Part shown: positions 40,624 through 52,108 of the stretch, piece by piece
How positions within the stretch are numbered: position 1 is the first letter of the stretch
Layout of the letters: every line of letters begins with the position of its first letter
NCBI GenBank assembly: GCA_951406725.2
Contig: OX597817.1
Span: 113,398,001 to 113,462,000 of the forward strand
Direction of reading: 5' to 3'
DNA length: 64,000 nucleotides
Origin: Octopus vulgaris
Taxonomy: Eukaryota
Notes under the pieces: model-generated
Told to the model about the DNA's origin: nothing
Database searches by the model: none
What the model saw: only the letters and a program-made list of their open reading frames with translations
Translations under genes and position numbers: made by a program

Positions 40624-41039
40624 TTTATTTTAAGCAGCAGAAAATTCAACAAAATCTGTAACAGATTTTGTTGAATTTTCTGCTGCTTAAAATAAAGCAT
40701 ATTACTCTACCACTGGTATTTGAGTACTCTTTTTTCCACCTTGTTTCACATTTATGTGTTTACTCCGTTTTGACACATCTGTTTTAGCTGTGTATATGTA
40801 TATATATCTATGCATATGTGTGTGTGTGTGTATATGTAACAAAGTGAAGTTGTAAGGTACCGCACGAGTGGAATTATATATGAAAGAAGGTTTGAAAATG
40901 CAAATTTCAAAGATGTTTATTCACTTGATCAGTTTCACTTTTTTAGAAGCAGATTGTCAAAAGTAACATGTAAAAGCTTAACAAAGCTTTTACGTGTTAC
41001 TTTTGACAATCTTTAAAATTGCATTTTCAAATCCTCTTT

Positions 41040-41116
<77 letters not shown>

Positions 41117-41389
41117 ATGTATGTATATGTATGTATATAAATGTATATATATATGTATGTATGAGTATATATGTATGTATACATGTATGTATATATATAT
41201 GTATGTGTGTATGTATATATGTATGTATATATATATATGTATGTATATATATCTATGTATAAATATATGTATATATATATGTATATATATATGTATATAT
41301 ATATATGTATAAATATATGTATAAATATATGTATATATATATGTATATATATATATGTATATATATATATGTATAAATATATGTATATA

Positions 41390-41442
<53 letters not shown>

Positions 41443-41723
41443 GTATATGTATCTATATATATATGTATATATATATGTATATGTATATATATGTATATAT
41501 ATATGTATATATATATATGTATAAATATATGTATAAATATATGTATATATATATGTATATACATATATATGTATATGGCCTTAGGAAGGGCATCCAGCTG
41601 TAGAAACACTGCCAGATCTGACTGGGCCTGATGAAGCCTTCCAGCTTCACAGACCCCAGTTGAACCGTCCAACCCATGCTAGCATGGAAAACGGACGCTA
41701 AATGATGATGATATATGTATATA

Positions 41724-41776
<53 letters not shown>

Positions 41777-41836
41777 TATATATGTATATATATGTATATA
41801 TATGTATGTATATATATGTATATATATGTATGTATA

Positions 41837-41879
<43 letters not shown>

Positions 41880-42017
41880 TTTAAGCAGCAGAAAATTCAA
41901 CAAAATCTGTAACAGATTTTGTTGAATTTTCTGCTGCTTAAAATAAAGCATATTACTCTACCACTGGTATTTGAGTACTCTTTTTCTACCTTGTTTCACA
42001 TTTATGTGTTTACTCCG
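39563..42017 (+). repeat. ~1.2-kb tandem duplication (copies start at 39563 and 40766), including TA microsatellites, hairpins and an RTE tail
   Basis: Non-microsatellite parts are near-identical with a few substitutions. Confidence 0.95.
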
Positions 42018-42264
42018 GTATATATATATATATATCATCATCATCATCGTTTAACGTCCGTTTTCTGCGCTAGCACGGGTTGGACGGTTCGACCGGGGTC
42101 TGGGAAGCCAGGGGCCGCACCAGGCTCCAGTCTGATTTGGCAGAGTTTCTACGGCTGGATGCCCTTCCTAACGCCAACCACTCCGTGAGTGGATTGGGTG
42201 CTTTTTACGTGCCACCTGCACAGGGGCCGGGGGGTCCGGCATTGGTCGCGATCGGTTCGAGCTT

Positions 42265-45200
42265 TTAACGTGCCAGCGGCACAGGGGCAACTGGGACCGG
42301 GGTACTTTGAATGGGTAGAGGGTATGTGGAATTGCTGCAGAAAGCAGCCCGGGTCTTTGCAGTCACAGCATATCTCCAGAGATCTCGGTCTTTCGTCATT
42401 GCCTCAGTGAGGCCCAATGCTCTGAGGTCATGCTTGACTACCTCATCCCATGTCTTCCTGGGTCTACCTCTCCCCCTGATACCTTCAACTGTTTGGGAGT
42501 GGCACTTCTTCACACATCTCTCTTCATCCATCCGCAGCACATGACCATACCATCGCAAGCGTCGCTCTTGCACACCACATCTGATGCTTCTTATATCCAG
42601 CATTTCTCTTAGGATGCTTACACTCTGTCTTGCGTGCACACTGACACTACACATCCAGCGGATCATGCTAGCTTCATTTCTTTCAAGTCTACGCATGTCC
42701 TCTGCAGTCACTGCCCATGTTTCATTACCGTGAAGCATGGCAGTTCGCACACATGCATCATACAATCTACCTTTCGCTCTGAGGGAGAGACCTTTTGTTG
42801 CCAGTAGGGGTAGGAGCTTTCTGAACTTTGCCCAGGCTATTCGTATTCTAGTGGTGATACTCTCTGTGCAACCACCTCCGCTACTAACTTGGTCACCCAG
42901 GTAGCGGAAACTATCAACTACTTCTAGTTTCTCTCCCTGGAGTGTGATGGAATCTGTTTTCTGAGTGTCTGTTGTGTCTATTGTCCCTGTGCATCTGCCG
43001 CACATGAAAGCTATCTTATCTGTTAATTTCCCTTTAATGTTGCTGCACCTCTTATGTGTCCATAACTTACATTGGGTGCATCTTATGGAGTTTCTACCTG
43101 TACCTTTCCTACAGATTGAGCAGGGCCACCTACCCGAGGGTGTGTGTGCTGAGTACCTCTTGCTGCTTACTAATACTTAGGTCTTTGCTACATTTATTCT
43201 AAGGCCCTTTGATTCCAACCCTTGCTTCCACACCCGAAATTTCTCTTCTAGTTCCGGTAGTGATTCTGCTATGAGAGCTAGGTCATCGGCATAGAGGAGC
43301 TCCCAGGGGCATCCCGTTTTGAATTCCTCTGTTATTGCCTGAAGGACTATGATGAATAAAAGGGGACTGAGGGCTGAGCCCTGGTGCACACCTACTTCTA
43401 CCCGGAATTCTTCACTATATTCGTTGCCAATCCTAACCTTGCTGACAGCCTCTCTGTATAGAGCCTGTACAGCCCTTATTAGCCATTCTTCAATCTCCAG
43501 TTTCCGCATCGACCACCAGATGAGGGAACGGGGAACCCTGTCAAAGGCTTTCTCCAAGTCTACAAAAGCTATGTAGAGGGGTTTATCTTTAGCTAGGTAC
43601 TTCTCCTGCAGTTGTCGGACCAGGAATATAGCATCAGTGGTGCTTCTACCTGGTACAAAACCGAACTGCATTTCATCTAAACAAATTCTCTCCCTAATGA
43701 GATGGGTTATGACCTTCTCTGAGACCTTCATCACCTGGTCCAACAGTTTGATACCTCTGTAGTTATTTCTATCTAGAGCATCACCCTTACCCTTGTAGCA
43801 GTTGACTATGGTGCTGCTGCACCAGTCATTGGGTATGACTCCATTGTGAACTACCTGGTTTACAATGCGGGTGACTATGGTATAGCCCACATAGCCAGCT
43901 GTTTTAAGCATCTCAGCAGTGATTCCTGATAGGCCAGGGGCTTTGCCTGGTTTCATATCCTTAATTGCCTTATCTACAAGGGAGCTGTCTATTCGGGTAG
44001 CTGGTCCCTCTACTGGGTCAACATTTGGCAGGCTCTCCTCCTCCCATTCATTCTCCTCATTCAGCAGTCTTTCATAATGGCTTCTCCAAGCCTCTTTCTT
44101 TTCACTAGCAGTAAAAGCAAGTGCCCCATCATCCATGCGGACACATTTCTCTCCTATAACATCACTATTTTCTCTGACACACTGTCTGGCAATCCGAAAT
44201 ACTTCAGCTCTTTGATCCTCACGTCGCTGGACATTGGCAAACTTCTTCTTTTCTGCTACGTCTTTGGCTATGTATACCTGCCGCCCAGCCTCCCTTTTGG
44301 CTATCTGGTACAGTTCCCTGCTGCCCCCATCCTTCCAGGCTTTCCAGGCCCGTCTCTTTTTACAGATGGCTTTATCTACTGCACTATTCCACCACCACGT
44401 AATTCTAGGTCTGGAAGGGACTTTGCACCATCCACAGACTCGGTCTGTGGCACTCAGCAAGCTGTCCCGTAGGAATTCCCAGCTACCTTCTATGTCTGAC
44501 GTCTGAAGCTCCTCCTCCCTCTCATCAAATTTCTTGATGAGTATGTCCCTAAATTTCTGACCATGTGAAGGGTTCTTTAGCCTCCAAATCCTTCTTTTCT
44601 GGATTGGTTTGTTTCTTGGAGTCCTTCTGGCCTCAAGCTTAAAGTCACTGATGATTAGCCTATGCTGAGGGATACATTCTTCACCCGGGAGGGTTTTTGT
44701 ATTCAAGAGCAACCCTGCATCCCGCTGTCTGGTGAGGATGAAGTCTATTTGGCTAGCGGAGTCTCCTGACTGATAAGTTATAAGGTGGCAGACTGGCTTC
44801 TTGAAGTTAGTGTTGCAGATTGAAAGGTTACATGCATCACAGAATTCCAGCAGTCTAGTTCCCTCATCATTTCTGGTGCCAATACCATAGCCACCATGTA
44901 CCCCAGTGAAGATACCCGATTCCCGCCCAACATGCCCATTAAAATCTCCACCTACAAAGATGAGGTCCTTGCTACTAGTCTTTGAAGTAGCCTGCAGAAG
45001 GCTATCATAAAAGTTGTCCTTCTGATCATTTGGTAGTCCCGCTTGTGGGGCATAGGCGGAGATAATCATAGCTGTGCCACTCTGTAGGACCAACCTGAGC
45101 TTAAGCACTTTATCGCAGACCCTGACAACCTCTATGACCTCATCCACCCATTTCTCCGCAAGGAGAATGCCTACACCCCCTACACCTTCCACGTTACCTT

Positions 45201-45519
45201 GCCAGAAGAGTTTGTACCTAAGTGCCTTGCCCGTGAGGACCCTAGCCGAAGCACCTCTCCATCTTACCTCTTGTATGCAGCATACATCAACCTGTCTTCT
45301 CTCTAGCATCTCTACAATCTCACTAGACTTGCCTGTCAATGTACCAACATTGATAGTGCCAACTCTGAAAACTGGGAAGGAGATGTGGGGGGAGGGGGAA
45401 TTCAGCGCCTGAGAAGAGGAGGGTTGTTGTGGTGGTGATAGTTTTCGTCGCATTTTTCTTTTGATCTCTCTTCCGACCTGTCCACGCCGTGGACAGGAGC
45501 TGGTGTTAGCAGTGGACAT
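42265..45519 (-). pseudogene. RTE ORF (~1084 codons): APE endonuclease + reverse transcriptase + embedded PHD-like finger; one premature TAA at 43177-43179
   Basis: APE motifs GTINV, IQEVR, SAYAPQ, GDFNGHVG, IDFIL; RT motifs NYRGIKLL, QFGF, FVDLEKAFD, GVHQGSALSP, YADD, FRYLG; RTE tail LRWYGHVLR, RGRGRPRKTW; the two listed ORFs are in the same frame. Confidence 0.95.
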
Positions 45520-45953
45520 TCGTTATCGTCACTGAGTAACGAAATTAGGTAGCGTAGTAAGGAGGAAAAATACAGATATTCTAGAGTTGAGTTGGGGGGG
45601 TCCAGCTGAGAAAGGTTTTACCAGTGAAAAGAGAGGGAGAGATAGTAGAAGGGGTGCGGTCAGGGAAGGTTGGGGTAAGGAGGAACGATGGCAGGAAGGG
45701 TTGGTGTATGTTCGTAAGAAATAAAAACGTAGGATATTACGGAGGGGACTGGAAGGAGATAGTCGGATTGAGGCAGTATCAGGAGGAAGCGTAAGATCAG
45801 TGGGCAGTTGATGAACTGTGGCGCTAGCAGCTTGTCTTTTCACAGTGAAAGCATATGAGGAGAAGGGGGGAGGAGGAGGGAGTAGGGCGTATCCGGTGTA
45901 GATGGTGAGAACAGTGTTCACCGGTATTGGTGGTGGGGGTGGGGGCGGGCGCA

Positions 45954-47249
45954 CCGTCGATGGCGGAAAGATGGGGAAGATGGATTAAGGCTTGGAGGTA
46001 GCCTAAAAAAGGTTATATTTCGTAGAGAGAGAGATAGGGAAGCCAAAATCAAGTTATGGCGGAAAGATGGGGTTAATGCTTAAAGGTAGCTTAAAAGGTT
46101 ATATTTCGTAGAGAGAGAGATAGGGAAGCCAAAATCAAGTTATGGCGGAAAGATGGGGTTAATGCTTAAAGGTAGCTTAAAAGGTTATATTTCGTAGAGA
46201 GAGAGATAGGGAAGCCAAAATCAAGTTATGGCGGAAAGATGGGGTTAATGCTTAAAGGTAGCTTAAAAGGTTATATTTCGTAGAGAGAGAGATAGGGAAG
46301 CCAAAATCAAGTTATGGCGGAAAGATGGGGTTAATGCTTAAAGGTAGCTTAAAAGGTTATATTTCGTAGAGAGAGAGATAGGGAAGCCAAAATCAAGTTA
46401 TGGCGGAAAGATGGGGTTAATGCTTAAAGGTAGCTTAAAAGGTTATATTTCGTAGAGAGAGAGATAGGGAAGCCAAAATCAAGTTATGGCGGAAAGATGG
46501 GGTTAATGCTTAAAGGTAGCTTAAAAGGTTATATTTCGTAGAGAGAGAGATAGGAAAGACAAAATCAAGTTATGGCGGAAAGATGGGGTTAATGTTTAAA
46601 GGTAGCCTAAAAGGTTATATTTCGTAGTGAGAGAGATAGGAAAGACAAATCGTTATTTCAACTTGAGACATTTAACAGAGGCAACGTATGAATAAATGTT
46701 GTAACAGCGAATGAATGTATGCCGTGCTATGTATGGAAGAATAAAGATAATAAGATAAATTTTTAAAAAACTTGCTGTGGGTATCGACCGGAAGTTGAGT
46801 TGAAGGAGAAAGGAAGTTGAATTGGGAACTGTAAATTGTAATGGCGATTTTCAAGTTTGAGCAGAAGAAGAAGAAGAAGAGGAGGAAAGACCGTCGATGG
46901 CGGAAAGATGGGGAAGATGGGATTAAGGCTTGGAGGTAGCCTAAAAAAGGTTATATTTCGTAGAGAGAGAGATAGGAAAGCCAAAATCAAGTTATGGCGG
47001 AAAGATGGGGTTAATGCTTAAAGGTAGCTTAAAAGGTTATATTTCGTAGAGAGAGAGATAGGGAAGCCAAAATCAAGTTATGGCGGAAAGATGGGGTTAA
47101 TGCTTAAAGGTAGCTTAAAAGGTTATATTTCGTAGAGAGAGAGATAGGGAAGCCAAAATCAAGTTATGGCGGAAAGATGGGGTTAATGCTTAAAGGTAGC
47201 TTAAAAGGTTATATTTCGTAGAGAGAGAGAGATAGGGAAGCCAAAATCA
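45954..47249 (-). repeat. Two blocks of 86-bp tandem monomers (7+partial and 3+partial) separated by ~240 bp of unique sequence
   Basis: Unit starts (cgtagagag) at 46021, 46107, 46193, 46279, 46365, 46451, 46537, 46623 and 46959, 47045, 47131, 47217. Confidence 0.95.
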
Positions 47250-47430
47250 TATATATATATGTATATATATTTAATTTAATTTTATTTTATTTACTTTATA
47301 TTAAAAATTTTTTATGTATTGGATTAAGTCTTTCTTTGTTTGATTTGCAAAATAGTGGTTTTGTCTCTAATTAATATTATATATGTATATATGTATGTAT
47401 ATATATATGCATGTATATATATATATATGT

Positions 47431-48680
47431 ATAACTTAGAAAGGTTTTGGCCAGTATTGGCCCAGGCCATGTCTGACTTAACAGCACCACCTGGCGAAGT
47501 CTTTCAATTCAGGATTTGGGCACCAAGGCCCATTCGAGCAGAGAGTTATTGTTTGCGGTGACATATCCGGGTGTGGGTGGTTTGTCCGGGTCTGTTTGAA
47601 GGAATTTGTCCAAAGACTTCTTGAATTTTGTGTGGTCAGTTTCTGTTTTGACATGTCCTGGTGTAATGTTGAAGAGTGCGGGTCTAATTGAGGTGAAATA
47701 ATTGTGCCGTATTGTCGTTATGTGATGCGATTTAGATTTTTGTTGTGGACGGATGGCACGTGGTCCAAGCCTTGGATGTATTTTGAAGGTGATGCTAACA
47801 TCATTCGGACAGTGCTTATGGAATATTTTCCACATCATACAGATAATGTAGCATTCACGGCGTCGTTGGAGTGAATACAGTTTCAGCTTCTCTAATCTAC
47901 CCCAGTAGTCGAGGTCTGACATGCCATCTATCTTTTTTGTGATTGACCTTTGGGGAGCTTCAATTCTCATAATATTTTGTTTTGTGTAGGGAGACCACAG
48001 TGGACAGCAGTATTCAAGGTGGGGTCAGGCAAAAGTGGAGAAGAGAAGGATAATGGTGTGGGAATCTCTCGACTTGAGGGTTCTGAGAATCCAGGAACAC
48101 ATTCTGCGGGCCATGTCAACTTTGCTGCTTATATGTGTAGCCCAGCTTATGTTGTTGTCCACTGTTACTCCCAAGTCTCTGATGTTGTTAGACGCCATGA
48201 GAATTTCTCCAGTAGGAAGGGAGTATGGGAGTCTCAGAGCATCCTCCCTTCCAAAGTGGATCAGTTCGAATTTGTCTTCGTTTAGCAACATGTTGTTCCT
48301 TTCCGCACATCGGACAACAGCCAGTAGGTCTGACTGAAGACTTATTCGGTCATCCACGCCATTGATGACCTGTAGCTTGGAATCATCAGCGAAGGTTCTG
48401 ATGTTACTGAAATCACTCATAAGAAATACGCTCACGTGGTGTTCCAGTTACATGAGGATTTCTTTAATTCTTGTGAGGCAATCTTCAAAGTTGCCTATGT
48501 GGTTTGGAACATCCAGTGGGCAATATGTATTGCATTTGACTATACTGTGTTGTCTTATGTATACAATTAGAGTGTCAAATACTGAATTTGAGTATGACAG
48601 TAAGAACTGGGGTGTAAGGTCATCACAGATATATGCAGCAACTCCACCACAGCTCCTTTCCCTTCTGTCTGTTTGCAGTA
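47431..48680 (-). mobile_element. CR1/L2-group LINE fragment with an internal deletion
   Basis: GGVAAYI (APE), FADDSKL, DLGVTVDNN, PHLEYCCPLWSP, LKLYSLQRRRE. Confidence 0.85.
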
Positions 48681-48686
48681 TATATA

Positions 48687-48747
<61 letters not shown>

Positions 48748-48898
48748 ATACATAAATAATATATATATGTGTGTGTGTGTGTGTGTATACATAAATAATA
48801 TATATATGTGTGTGTGTGTGTGTGTGTATACATAAATAATATATATATGTTTATATCCAAACATAATATATATATATATATATATAAATATATATATA

Positions 48899-49760
<862 letters not shown>

Positions 49761-50244
49761 ATATGTGTGTATATATATCCATATATACATAATATATATG
49801 CATTTATATATACATGCGTATATGTACATACTTCTATACATATATATAAAAGCATATGGGGCACAGGACGTCATGAAACACATACAACAAAAAGATATGA
49901 AACATGAGCACATGGAACACAAGCTATTCTCTCAAACAACAAAAGACACAAATGGAAAACAAGACAAACAGCACAAAGAATGACCCTTTATCAGCTGCTG
50001 GCCGCTTCTCCACTCTTGCACTTTGAGCATTTAACATGTATATATATATGTGTGTGTGTATATATGTATATATATATGTGTGTGTGTATATATGTGTACA
50101 TGTATATATGTGTACATATATATATGTGTATATATATATATATTTATGTGTGTATATATATGTGTGTGTATATATATATATGTGTGTAGATATATATATA
50201 TATATATAGGTATATGTATATATATAGGTATATATATATATATA

Positions 50245-50276
<32 letters not shown>

Positions 50277-50333
50277 CATTTTATATATCCCTTCATCAGA
50301 GACAATGTGAAAAAATGGTATATGTATATATAT

Positions 50334-50379
<46 letters not shown>

Positions 50380-50580
50380 TTTATATATCCCTTCATCAGA
50401 GACAGTGTGAAAAAATGGTTAAGCAATAGTTATTCTAGATAAGATATGAAATAGAGAGGGAAGTGGAGGAATGAAAATATACGTAAGATATGCAGGGATA
50501 TTGTATCTTCAGTTCCATTATTTAGGCAGAATGGTATACATATAAGATTCGTGTACCTTGGGATATATATATGTATATAT

Positions 50581-50629
<49 letters not shown>

Positions 50630-50631
<2 letters not shown>

Positions 50632-51029
50632 CGCAGGAGTGGCTGTGTGGTAAGTAGCTTGCTAACCAGCCACATGGTTCCGGGTTCAGTCCCACTGCGT
50701 GGCATCTTGGGCAAGTGTCTTCTGCTATAGCCCCGGGCCGACCCATGCCTTGTGAGTGGATTTGGTAGACGGAAACTGAAAGAAGCCTGTCGTATATATG
50801 TATATATATGTTTGTGTGTCTGTGTTTGTCCCCCTAGCATTGCTTGACAACCGATGCTGGTGTGTTTACGTCCCCGTCACTTAGCGGTTCGGCAAGAGAG
50901 ACCGATAGAATAAGTACTGGGCTTACAAAGAATAAGTCCCGGGGTCGATTTGCTCGACTAAAGGCGGTGCTCCAGCATGGCCGCAGTCAAATGACTGAAA
51001 CAAGCAAGTAAAGTAAAGTAAAAAGAGTA

Positions 51030-51030
<1 letters not shown>
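50630..51030 (+). mobile_element. Young composite tRNA-derived SINE
   Basis: A box tggctgtgtgg, B box ggttcagtcc, internal (TA)n, AGTAA-type tail; near-identical to 57208-57622. Confidence 0.9.
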
Positions 51031-51079
<49 letters not shown>

Positions 51080-51319
51080 GTATATATATGTATATGTGTA
51101 TATATATATATAATAATAATAATAATTTGAGGGAATATTATTCCTAACTTACAGGGAAAAATTCAATTTAGAAATACTAAATCAAATTTCACAAAATATA
51201 ATATATATATATAAAATTAGAAAAAACCCACCTTTTATCAATTCAAAATGAACAATTAATTACACCATCTAGAAAATTTAATTGTTCATTTTGAATTGAT
51301 AAAAGGTGTTTCTTTTCTA

Positions 51320-51355
<36 letters not shown>

Positions 51356-51356
<1 letters not shown>

Positions 51357-52108
51357 GGATGAGGAGAGCTGTGTGAAGAAGTGTCTCTCCCTGACAGTGG
51401 AAGGAATTCCATGGAAGAGGGAGGCCCAAGAAGACATGGGATGAGGTGGTGAAGCTTGACCTTTGAACGATGGGCGTCACAGAGTCAATGACGAAAGACT
51501 GAGACCTCTGGAGATATGGTGTGATTGAGAAGACCCGGCAAGTATAGTGAGATCACAACTGTAGCCATAGCCTACACCAGTGTTGCATAACCAGCCCATT
51601 TAAAAAGTACGTTTTAATAGTCGAGCGACATGCTGTGCTTGAGGAGACCTATTGAGTCAAGTAAAATCAAATCAAGATCAAAGTCAAATCAAATCACAAT
51701 CAAATGGAAATTGTAGTGGCTGATGCCAGTGCCGCCTGACACACAATAAGCACCATTCATATTTTGGTCATTGCCAGTGTCGCCTGAATGGCTTCCCTTG
51801 CTGGTGGCATGTAAAAAGCACCATCTGAACATGGTTGATGCCAGCCCCCCACCCCCTCCTCAACTGGCTCTTATGTGGATAGCACATAAAAAGCACCATC
51901 TGAACATGGCCGATGCCAGTGCTGCCTGGCTGGTGGCACATAAAAAGCACCCACTTCACTCTCAGAGTGGTTGGCATTAGGAAGGTCATCCAGCTGTAGA
52001 AACATTGCCAGATCAGATTGGAGCCAGTGCAGCCTCCTGTCTTGTCAGACCCAAGTCAAACCATCCAACCCATACCATCATGGAAAATAGATGTTAAATG
52101 ATTATGAT
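51356..52108 (+). mobile_element. 5'-truncated RTE copy
   Basis: MDEESCVKKC..GRPKKTWDEVV followed by the RTE 3' UTR and a GAT tail. Confidence 0.85.

Larger units (their letters stand above)
42034..47249 (-). mobile_element. Near full-length RTE-clade non-LTR retrotransposon inserted in a (TA)n tract
   Basis: 3' (GAT)n tail, single APE+RT frame, C-rich 5' UTR, 5' tandem monomers; (TA)n on both flanks. Confidence 0.95.

Noticed and set aside
39810-41951. Many long YI/IY/MY-rich ORFs (also 48448-50840)
   Set aside because: Translations of TA/TG microsatellites
43349-45412. + strand ORFs overlapping the RTE
   Set aside because: Antisense shadows of the RTE coding frame
45529-45954. 141-aa Pro-rich ORF as an RTE ORF1
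   Set aside because: GTG start, low complexity, no recognisable domain; explained by the C-rich 5' UTR
45954-47249. CRISPR-like array next to a reverse transcriptase
   Set aside because: Units are contiguous and identical with no unique spacers, there are no cas genes, and the context is a eukaryotic LINE
50281-50420. Duplicated CTGATGA (- strand) as a hammerhead ribozyme
   Set aside because: The partner GAAA and stem II are absent, replaced by microsatellite; at most a Penelope-like remnant
50630-50705. tRNA gene
   Set aside because: The A/B boxes belong to a multi-copy SINE head; no complete cloverleaf is evident
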